Below are positions 7,299-14,712 of a stretch of DNA of 38,128 nt, piece by piece (position 1 is the stretch's first letter; every line of letters begins with the position of its first letter). The stretch is from contig JBAZUC010000001.1 of NCBI GenBank assembly GCA_041661585.1, forward strand, positions 1-38,128, in the 5' to 3' direction. The notes below the pieces were generated by a model that was not told where the DNA came from, did no database searches, and was given only the letters and a program-made list of their open reading frames with translations. Made by a program: the position numbers and the translations under genes. This DNA is from Parcubacteria group bacterium. GTDB taxonomy: Bacteria; Patescibacteriota; Minisyncoccia; Moranbacterales; UBA11712.

Positions 7299-9716
7299 AT
7301 GCGCAACAAAAAAATCTCCTCCATCGCAGCCGTTTTTGCGATCGCCATCGCCCTTTTTTCTGCCGCAAATTTCGCTCGGGCAGAGACAAATTCCATAATA
7401 ATAAGCGAAGTCCTCCTAAATGGGCAAGATGGAAAAGAATTTATAGAACTATATAATTCAACTGACACAACCGTTGATATGAGCGGCTGGATTTTGAATT
7501 ACTATTCCAAAGATCGCGATTGGATCAGCCCTTATCGCAAAAAATTCTTTCCCGCTAATTCCGTCCTGGGTCCGAATGAATTTTTCCTCATTTCCATAAA
7601 AACTGGAGACTATTCTGAAGAAGGTGCTTGGAATTTAGGCTATTCCAGCTATCAGTTGAACAACGCTGATGGCGCAATAGGAGTTTTTTCTAACGAAAAT
7701 TTTTCCAAGCAAAATGCCATAGATGTTTTGAGCTGGGGCGATGCAAAAGTTAATTTATTTGAAGGACTTTCAGCTCCTGTGAATAAAAGTTTGGAAAAAA
7801 TTGATTTTTTGGGCGATAATACCAGAGAAAACTGGCAGGAAAGCTGCAAAGAGGACGGCACGCCCGGTGAGGATCCAAAAACATGCGGCGCAGAATTGGA
7901 TTCTTCGCCCGAAGATGATGGAACATCCGATCCCGCCGAAGAAGCCTCCTTGGATAGCGATGACAAAACCGACGCCTCAGAAAAAGTGTACTCAAAAAAC
8001 CTAAAAATCACTGAACTTTTTCCAAATCCTTCATCGGATGAAGATGCCGGCGAATTCACGGAAATATACAATGCCGATTCAAAAGAAATCATTGAGTTGT
8101 CCGGCTGGAAGTTGGAAGACAAAACCGGAAACTCCTATCCGCTTCCCGATGTATCACTGCAACCCGGCAAATATCGCGCTTTTTATCGGAATAGTTCCAA
8201 ATTTTCCCTGAACAATACGGGCAGTGAAGAAATTTTTCTGAAAAATCCGATTGGAGAGGTCGTCGACCACATTTCCTATTCCGGAACCGTGAAAGAAGAT
8301 TCTGCATATGCCTTATCGGATAGTGATTTTCTCTGGACATCCTCTCCCACGCCCGGAGAGAAAAATATCTTTGATGCTCCTTCCATAGAGGCTTCTATAG
8401 AAGCCTCTATGGAAGATTCCTCGGGTAGTGATGGCGGCGCGGCAACTGACGGGAATGTATATCTCAGCGAAATCCTGCCCAATCCCAAGGACGGATCCGA
8501 CGGCGAATATATCGAGATTGCAAACGGCAACATCGAACCAGTCGACCTTTTCGGCTGGCGCATCAAAGACACTTCCAAAAGCAAAGGCTATCAATTCAAG
8601 GAACATACTATCATAGATCCCGGAGAATATCTGGCCGTTTATCGCCCTGATTCCAAAATAGCGCTCAATAATTCGGACGAATCGGTATATTTGTACAATC
8701 CGAAAAACGAAATTGCTTCGAGCGTGTCTTTTGCAAAATCAATCAAAAATTCTTCGTACAATTTCGACAGAGAAGTTTGGAAATGGAGCAAGTATTTGAC
8801 GCCGAGCAAGAAAAACAAATTCGATTCCCAGCCTTCGGTGAAAATCACCAAGCCAAAGCACGCTTACAAAGACCTTTTCACGGAATTCAGCGCCAATGCC
8901 AAGGATAAAGAAACGAAAAAACTGAAGTATTCTTGGGATTTCGGCGACGGGAAGAAAAGCGCTCTCGCGAAAACTTCGCACAAATATCTCGACACCGGAA
9001 AATATACCGTGACGCTTTCTGTCACTGACGATTCGCAAGCGGTCGAAAAAAATTTCACGCTCGAAGTGAAAAAATATCCTCGCCCGAATCTCGAGATCGT
9101 AAAAATCATTCCAAATCCCGCCGGATCTGACACAGAAACGGAGACTATTGATCTGAAAAACAATTCTAACAAGAAAATCAATCTCACGGGCTGGAAAATC
9201 GCCACCGGATCTGGAGAAAAAATATATAATCACCCAATCAGCGAGGAATTTTCGCTCGACGCCAACGAAACAAAAACCATCACCCGTGAATTTTCCAAAT
9301 TTTCTCTCAATAATAAGGCCGGAAAGATTCAACTCATCATGCCCGACGGGAAGGTGGCGGACGTTGTTGAATACGCAAAAGAAAAAATCACTGAAGATGA
9401 AGCTTATGCGAAAATAGACGGCGAGTGGCAGTGGCTCGAGCCGGGCGAAAAAGACGAAAACACGGACGAATCAGATACAACGGAAGATGACACTGCCGTC
9501 GATGATCAATATAAAGACAAAAACGGCGAGGTTCTTGGCGTAAGTGATGAAAATCAATTAGCTTCCTCAAGCTACAACTCCTCATTCAACTCCGAAAGCG
9601 CCTATATTTTTTTAAGCCGGATCAACTTCGTGCCTTTATCCAAGCAAGAAACAAAATATTGTTCTGCAAACAGTCCATCTTCTAACATCGCCTATCTCAT
9701 TGCTTCGCTAATTTGA
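7299..9716 (+). CDS. Secreted multi-domain protein: four lamin-tail domains (LTD) plus one PKD domain
   Basis: Signal peptide ..AANFARA-ET. Four repeats of the LTD pattern (I(S/T)E(V/L/I)(L/F/I)PNP..EFIE(L/I)(Y/A)N..(V/I)(D/E)(L/M)SGW). PKD motif YSWDFGDGKKS..HKYLDTGKYTVTLSVTDD. Confidence 0.85.
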   Translation: MRNKKISSIAAVFAIAIALFSAANFARAETNSIIISEVLLNGQDGKEFIELYNSTDTTVDMSGWILNYYSKDRDWISPYRKKFFPANSVLGPNEFFLISIKTGDYSEEGAWNLGYSSYQLNNADGAIGVFSNENFSKQNAIDVLSWGDAKVNLFEGLSAPVNKSLEKIDFLGDNTRENWQESCKEDGTPGEDPKTCGAELDSSPEDDGTSDPAEEASLDSDDKTDASEKVYSKNLKITELFPNPSSDEDAGEFTEIYNADSKEIIELSGWKLEDKTGNSYPLPDVSLQPGKYRAFYRNSSKFSLNNTGSEEIFLKNPIGEVVDHISYSGTVKEDSAYALSDSDFLWTSSPTPGEKNIFDAPSIEASIEASMEDSSGSDGGAATDGNVYLSEILPNPKDGSDGEYIEIANGNIEPVDLFGWRIKDTSKSKGYQFKEHTIIDPGEYLAVYRPDSKIALNNSDESVYLYNPKNEIASSVSFAKSIKNSSYNFDREVWKWSKYLTPSKKNKFDSQPSVKITKPKHAYKDLFTEFSANAKDKETKKLKYSWDFGDGKKSALAKTSHKYLDTGKYTVTLSVTDDSQAVEKNFTLEVKKYPRPNLEIVKIIPNPAGSDTETETIDLKNNSNKKINLTGWKIATGSGEKIYNHPISEEFSLDANETKTITREFSKFSLNNKAGKIQLIMPDGKVADVVEYAKEKITEDEAYAKIDGEWQWLEPGEKDENTDESDTTEDDTAVDDQYKDKNGEVLGVSDENQLASSSYNSSFNSESAYIFLSRINFVPLSKQETKYCSANSPSSNIAYLIASLI
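8380..8415. repeat. Perfect 36-nt palindrome inside the LTD gene
   Basis: cttccatagaggcttctatagaagcctctatggaag equals its own reverse complement. It encodes the SIEASIEASMED linker. Confidence 0.95.
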
Positions 9717-9721
9717 AAAAC

Positions 9722-9750
9722 TTGAAATAACCCTTCTTACGGGCTAGTAT
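9722..9750 (+). promoter_or_regulatory. Possible promoter of yebC-ruvC (TTGAAA-N17-TAGTAT)
   Basis: Hexamers at 9722-9727 and 9745-9750, about 30 nt upstream of the ATG at 9781. Confidence 0.35.
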
Positions 9751-9780
9751 TAATTAAGCTAACACTTATCGTATTTCAAT

Positions 9781-10497
9781 ATGTCCGGACATTCGCATTG
9801 GGCGGGGATAAAACATAAAAAAGGAGTGGCCGACGCAAAACGCGCCGGGGTTTTCACAAAAGTCGCCCGGATCGTGACATTGGCTGCGAAAGATGGCGGG
9901 GGTAATCCGGATATGAATTTCAAACTGCGCCTCGCGATCAATCAGGCTCGCAGCGTGAATATGCCCAAAGACAACATCGATCGAGCAATCAAGCGCGGCA
10001 CGGGCGAGCTCAAAGACGCGGCGCAAATCGAGGAAATGACCTACGAAGCCATGGCGCCGGGAAACATCGCGATGCTTGTGAAAACTGCCACCGACAACAA
10101 AAACCGTACTGTTTCCGAACTCAAAGCGATTTTCAACAAAACGAATGTCAAAATGGTCCCCGCTGGAAGTTTCAAGCATCTCTTCAAGCAAGTTGGAATT
10201 ATTTATGTCGACACGACAGGGAAAAACGCGGACGAACTCGAGATGGCGGCGATTGATGCAGGCGCGCTCGACACGATTTTCCAAGGCGAACTGCTCCAGA
10301 TATGTACCGACCCAAAAGAACTGATGAAAGTCAGAAATGCTTTGGAAAAAGATGGCGTGGAGATTGACAACGCCAACATCATCTTCCATCCCCTTGATCC
10401 GATCGAAATCGACCCGCATACTAAAATCGACTACGAAAATCTTCTGGAAAAACTCGACGAGCTAGATGATGTTCAGGAGATATATGATAATCTATGA
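9781..10497 (+). CDS. yebC: YebC/PmpR-family transcriptional regulator
   Basis: MSGHSHWAGIKHKKG..DAKRAGVFTK..I..AAK.GGGNPD.N..LR.AI..A...NMPKDNI.RAIKRG; full-length family pattern. Confidence 0.95.
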   Translation: MSGHSHWAGIKHKKGVADAKRAGVFTKVARIVTLAAKDGGGNPDMNFKLRLAINQARSVNMPKDNIDRAIKRGTGELKDAAQIEEMTYEAMAPGNIAMLVKTATDNKNRTVSELKAIFNKTNVKMVPAGSFKHLFKQVGIIYVDTTGKNADELEMAAIDAGALDTIFQGELLQICTDPKELMKVRNALEKDGVEIDNANIIFHPLDPIEIDPHTKIDYENLLEKLDELDDVQEIYDNL

Positions 10498-10988
10498 AAA
10501 TACTCGGAATCGACCCCGGGACAGCCACGACCGGCTGGGCGGTGGTTGAAGAAAAAAATAAAAATTCAAAATTGATCGCTTGCGGGTGCGTGAATACTTC
10601 GAAATTCCATTCCGACGAAGAACGGCTAGTTGAAATTGGGCGCGACATCGCCTTACTCATCAAAAAATACAAACCCGACGAAGCCGCCATTGAAGACCTT
10701 TTCTTTTTCAAAAATCTCAAAACCGCCATCACCGTCGCTCAAGCGCGCGGAGTGATTTTATACGAAATCAAAAAAAATCTGGTTCCCCTGTCTTCCTATA
10801 CTCCGCTTCAAGTAAAGCAGGCGCTCACGGGATATGGGCGAGCGGACAAAAATCAGATGCAAGAAATGGTGAAAAATATCTTGTGCCTGAAGTCTATTCC
10901 TAAACCCGATGACGCGGCTGACGCTGTCGCCATCGCAATTTGCCATTCGAACTCGCGCCATATGAGAAATATCGGCAAAAAACATTGA
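10494..10988 (+). CDS. ruvC: Crossover junction endodeoxyribonuclease RuvC
   Basis: MKILGIDPGTATTGWAVV, AIEDLFFFKN, ARGVILY, YTPLQVKQALTGYGRADKNQ, DAADAVAIAICH. There is a 4-nt overlap with yebC. Confidence 0.95.
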   Translation: MKILGIDPGTATTGWAVVEEKNKNSKLIACGCVNTSKFHSDEERLVEIGRDIALLIKKYKPDEAAIEDLFFFKNLKTAITVAQARGVILYEIKKNLVPLSSYTPLQVKQALTGYGRADKNQMQEMVKNILCLKSIPKPDDAADAVAIAICHSNSRHMRNIGKKH

Positions 10989-10992
10989 CAAA

Positions 10993-11038
10993 CCCCTCAA
11001 AAGCAAGTAAGATAAATCCAGATTGAGGGGCTTTTTTA
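10993..11038 (+). terminator. Probable terminator after ruvC
   Basis: 8-bp stem cccctcaa/ttgagggg with a large loop, followed by cTTTTTTATTTT. Confidence 0.5.
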
Positions 11039-11156
11039 TTTTAAAATATACCATGCCCGATAGTAAAATTTTGACTAATTTTTAGTTAATTTGTTTCCTG
11101 CACGGGCTGTGAATTTGAGATTTTTATTTATTAATTCAGTATTTTAATTCGACTTT

Positions 11157-11828
11157 TTGTCGAGTCAAGATTCTACTACTGGGATGAACCAATTCGTTTC
11201 ACTCGCCCTTTCCAACGGCGTGCCTCTGGATACGCTCGTTTTAGTGCTTATTTTGCCGATTATTGTTACTCTCATCGCTTTTTTTCGCCAGGTGATCGGG
11301 ATCAAGGCTTTCGGAATATACACTCCCGCGATCATCACTTTCGCCTTTTTGGCGACAAACCAGATCAAATACGGGATCATCATTTTTATCACCGTCATCG
11401 CCATCGGGACCTTCGTTCGCTTTCTTTTAAAACAATTTCGCTTGCTCTATCTTCCCCGCGTTGCGATCATGATCACGATTGTCGGATTTGCCATTCTTGC
11501 TCTCCTCATCATCGGCGGGATATACAACCGCACTGGGCTTGCAAGCGTCAGTATCTTTCCAATCCTCATCATGATCACGCTGGTTGAGAAATTCGTGGCT
11601 GTCCAAATCGAAAAAGGCGGTCGCACCGCCGTGATTCTCGCCATCGAAACACTTGTTATTTCCGTCATCGGCTACTACATCGCCAGCTGGCCATCCCTCA
11701 TCGGTTTCATTTTGAACTATCCGTGGATCAGTCTCTTCACTATCCCATTCAACATCTTCCTCGGAAAATGGACGGGACTGCGCATGAGTGAATATTTCCG
11801 ATTTCGTCAAATTATCAAATCCAAATGA
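11157..11828 (+). CDS. 7TM membrane protein of the '7TM usually fused to inactive transglutaminase' type (stand-alone here). The start is TTG 11157 or, more likely, ATG 11184.
   Basis: Polytopic. FFRQVIGIKAFGIYTPAIITFAF resembles the R.v.G.kt.GtF.P.LialaF signature I recall for PF14402. There is a 4-nt overlap with the downstream ATP-grasp gene. Confidence 0.6.
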   Translation: MSSQDSTTGMNQFVSLALSNGVPLDTLVLVLILPIIVTLIAFFRQVIGIKAFGIYTPAIITFAFLATNQIKYGIIIFITVIAIGTFVRFLLKQFRLLYLPRVAIMITIVGFAILALLIIGGIYNRTGLASVSIFPILIMITLVEKFVAVQIEKGGRTAVILAIETLVISVIGYYIASWPSLIGFILNYPWISLFTIPFNIFLGKWTGLRMSEYFRFRQIIKSK

Positions 11829-13231
11829 TAGCGTTCTTCAAGAATAGCCGAAAAATTCTCGGGATGAACGCCCGCAATTTGCAATTCATTCGTCCCAACA
11901 ATCTTCGCCGCGCCAAGCGTCTTGCCGACGACAAGCTTTTGAGCAAGCGCGTTTTGAAAAAAGCGGATCTGCCCGTCCCGGATTTGATCGCGAAGATAAG
12001 AAGCGCGGACGAACTTGAAAATTTTGATTGGAGTACTCTCCCGGAAAGTTTTGTCTTGAAGCCCAATCGCGGATTTGGCGGTGAAGGAATTTTGGTTGTC
12101 TATGGAAGAAAAAAGAATACTGACAACACATGGATCAAGGCTGACGGATCACTCATCACGATTGATGATATCAAAACGCACATCTCAAACATTCTGGATG
12201 GAAGCTATTCCCTTTCCGGAGTGCCGGATATCGCCTTTTTTGAAGAACGGCTGAAACTCTTGAAACTTTTCAAGCCTTATGCTTTCAAGGGGATCCCCGA
12301 CATAAGGATCATCATGTACAACAAGGTGCCTGTCATGGCGATGTTGCGCCTTCCCACGAAAGAGTCGAATGGAAAAGCCAATCTTCAGCAGGGCGGAGTC
12401 GGTGTGGGAATTGATATGGCCTCCGGCGTGACAACGACCGCCGTTTTTCGAAAAAACACGATCATTGAATATCTCCCCGGAACAAGACTGGTTCTTTCGG
12501 GAATAAGAATCCCCTATTGGAAAACAATCTTGGGCTTAGCTGTGCGCGCGCAAGAAGTTTCCGGCCTTGGATTTTTGGGAGCCGACATCGCGATCGATCG
12601 CGATCGCGGACCGGTGTTTTTGGAGCTCAACGCCCGGCCGGGACTCTCGATCCAAATCGCCAACCTCGACGGATTGCTCGGCCGCCTGCAACGCGTTGAG
12701 GGTCTCAAGATCAAAACCAACGAAAAAGGCGTCGCCGTCGGAATGAATCTTTTCGGTGGCGAAATCGAAGAAGAAATCGAGGATATTTCCGGGAAGAAAA
12801 TGCTTGGCACCATTGAAAAGGTGAGGCTCACTGGAAAAAATGAAAAAGAAATTGAAGTTGAAGCGCGAATCGACACTGGAGCTGGTATTTCTTCGATAGA
12901 CAAAGAGCTCGCCCGTGAGTTGGGTTTCGAAGAGGCTGTGAAATATTGGGAAGATTTTCATCTGGACCGGGTTTTGAGCGATGAGGAGATCAAAAAGTTG
13001 AGCGCCGACGAGACATGGAAAAAACTTGAGCAGCACCCAGATATCGTGGGCGTCGCCAAGACCTTTTCTTCACATGGAGCAACTTATCGAATTGAAATAA
13101 GAATCAATTTGATCCTGAATGATACACTCGTTGTTTCGACTATTTCCATTGCCAACCGATCCGGCATGAAGTATCCCATCTTGATCGGACGGCGCGATCT
13201 CAAGAAATTTTTAATTAATCCTGCACAATAA
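11825..13231 (+). CDS. Alpha-L-glutamate-ligase-like ATP-grasp enzyme fused to a C-terminal RimB-type retropepsin-like peptidase domain
   Basis: N-terminus: GMNARNLQFIRPNNLRRAKRLADDKLLSKRVL, the signature of the RimK-related TIGR02291/ATPgrasp_ST type. FVLKPNRGFGGEGI, FLELNARPGLSIQ. C-terminal ~130 aa: IEVEARIDTGAGISSID (D-T-G-A) ...MKYPILIGRRDLKKFLINP (PF05618-like). Confidence 0.8.
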   Translation: MIAFFKNSRKILGMNARNLQFIRPNNLRRAKRLADDKLLSKRVLKKADLPVPDLIAKIRSADELENFDWSTLPESFVLKPNRGFGGEGILVVYGRKKNTDNTWIKADGSLITIDDIKTHISNILDGSYSLSGVPDIAFFEERLKLLKLFKPYAFKGIPDIRIIMYNKVPVMAMLRLPTKESNGKANLQQGGVGVGIDMASGVTTTAVFRKNTIIEYLPGTRLVLSGIRIPYWKTILGLAVRAQEVSGLGFLGADIAIDRDRGPVFLELNARPGLSIQIANLDGLLGRLQRVEGLKIKTNEKGVAVGMNLFGGEIEEEIEDISGKKMLGTIEKVRLTGKNEKEIEVEARIDTGAGISSIDKELARELGFEEAVKYWEDFHLDRVLSDEEIKKLSADETWKKLEQHPDIVGVAKTFSSHGATYRIEIRINLILNDTLVVSTISIANRSGMKYPILIGRRDLKKFLINPAQ

Positions 13232-13233
13232 GT

Positions 13234-14187
13234 ATGATAAAGAATCCACCGATTATAAAAAAGGTTGTTCGCGAAATGGGGGGGCGGATAGAAGAGCTGA
13301 TCCCAAGAAGAGGTTATTTTTACATTTTCTTGAAGGGAAAAAGAATTCTCGTATCAAGAAAATTCAAGATCGCCAGCAATTTAACTACCGGTGAAGAAAC
13401 CACCAAGTTCAAGGATCTCACCTATATTTTGCTCAATGAAAAAGGTATCCCGACGCCGAAAACCATATCTATTCACAAAAAACTTTCCCCCACCGAATTG
13501 CGGACCAGGCTCAAGACCCTGAAACTCCCTATGATCATCAAAGATGCCCAGGGATCACAAAGCCAAGGAATTTTTGCTAATATTGCTGATATAAAAACGG
13601 CCGAAAAGATAATAACCAAAGAAATAAAGAAGTTTCCACGATTGATCGCGCAGGAGATGGTAACAGGAGAAGAATATCGCATCACGGTTCTTGGAAATAA
13701 GTTGCTTGGCGCAGTGAAATTGATTCCGCCGCGAATCACTGGAAATGGAAAAGACAGCATAAGAAAGCTGATTGAAACAAAACAAGAAAATACACGCAGA
13801 AAAACTCCCTTCAATTCTTCTCTTAATGACACACTGTCTGAACAAGGATTTACGCTCCGCAGCAAACCAAAGAAGGGCGTCGTCGTCTATATAAGAAGAA
13901 ATTCCGTTCTCGACGAAGGCGGTGAAACGGAAGATGCAACAGACCAAATTAATGGCAAAATAAAGGCCATGTGCACAGCCGCCGCAATGGCGACCGGGAA
14001 ATATCTGGCCGGCATTGATGTGATGTGCGATGACATCTCAAAAGACCCGCGAAAACAAAATTTCAATATCATTGAGATAAACGGAAAACCCGATATCTAC
14101 CTTCACTACAATCCAACCCGCGGAAAAACCCGAAATGTCGTGAAAGATATCGTAAATTTTATTCTCAAACAAAAAAATATTGTTTAG
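13234..14187 (+). CDS. Stand-alone ATP-grasp ligase resembling the cyanophycin-synthetase ATP-grasp domain
   Basis: TTKFKDLTYILLNEKGIPTPK, PMIIKDAQGSQSQGIF, EEYRITVLGNKLLGAVKLIPPRITGNGKDSIRKLIE, NSVLDEGGETEDATDQI, AGIDVMCDDISKD, IIEINGKPDIYLHYNPTRGKTRNVV. This parallels the CphA pattern as I recall it. No Mur-ligase domain is present. Confidence 0.75.
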   Translation: MIKNPPIIKKVVREMGGRIEELIPRRGYFYIFLKGKRILVSRKFKIASNLTTGEETTKFKDLTYILLNEKGIPTPKTISIHKKLSPTELRTRLKTLKLPMIIKDAQGSQSQGIFANIADIKTAEKIITKEIKKFPRLIAQEMVTGEEYRITVLGNKLLGAVKLIPPRITGNGKDSIRKLIETKQENTRRKTPFNSSLNDTLSEQGFTLRSKPKKGVVVYIRRNSVLDEGGETEDATDQINGKIKAMCTAAAMATGKYLAGIDVMCDDISKDPRKQNFNIIEINGKPDIYLHYNPTRGKTRNVVKDIVNFILKQKNIV

Positions 14188-14205
14188 CTTTGGGTATAAT
14201 ATAAT

Positions 14206-14709
14206 ATGGCTCGCAAACGCATCCAGGTGAGCTCCTTGGCTCATCCGTCACAATCAGAACGGACTGCAATTCTTGATTTTCATAACCAGAATTTTCCAAA
14301 TTCGAAATGGAGCGAGCAGTCTTTTAAAAAATATTTTACCAACACGCCCCACCATCCTGTCTGTATAGCCATACGAAACGGAAAAATATTCACTGGGATC
14401 GCAATAGGAAGATTTTCCACAAATAGTCGATCCAGCCTGAACTTGGCCACCCTACTGGTCTCAAAGCGGTGCCGAGGAAAAGGTTATGGGGATGTTTTGA
14501 TAAAAGAATTTTTCAAGTCTGCTGCGAGCATACTCCCTTTGAAAAAAATTCACCTTCATTTTCGAGATTCCAATGGTCAGATAGAAAATTTCTACAAACG
14601 CTTCGGCTTTGAAAAGCACGGTATCTGCGGAAAATACTCGAACGGGGAAAAAAAGCACTATATGGAAATTGGCATAAAATCGATTCGAGCATATTTAAAA
14701 GATTTTTGA
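14206..14709 (+). CDS. GNAT-family N-acetyltransferase
   Basis: LLVSKRCRGKGYGDVLIKEF (R/Q-x-x-G-x-G/A CoA-binding motif), ..FYKRFGFEK. Confidence 0.75.
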   Translation: MARKRIQVSSLAHPSQSERTAILDFHNQNFPNSKWSEQSFKKYFTNTPHHPVCIAIRNGKIFTGIAIGRFSTNSRSSLNLATLLVSKRCRGKGYGDVLIKEFFKSAASILPLKKIHLHFRDSNGQIENFYKRFGFEKHGICGKYSNGEKKHYMEIGIKSIRAYLKDF

Positions 14710-14712
14710 CCT

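Noticed and set aside
2556-10988. ruvB is separated from yebC-ruvC by ~6 kb, and no ruvA is present
   Set aside because: Split ruv loci are common, and ruvA may simply lie outside the window. This is not evidence of anything unusual.
11157-14709. Reading two ATP-grasps plus a GNAT as a microviridin/graspetide RiPP cluster
   Set aside because: No precursor-peptide ORF is nearby. The ligases carry RimK-related and CphA-like signatures rather than MdnB/MdnC-like ones. There is no ABC exporter.
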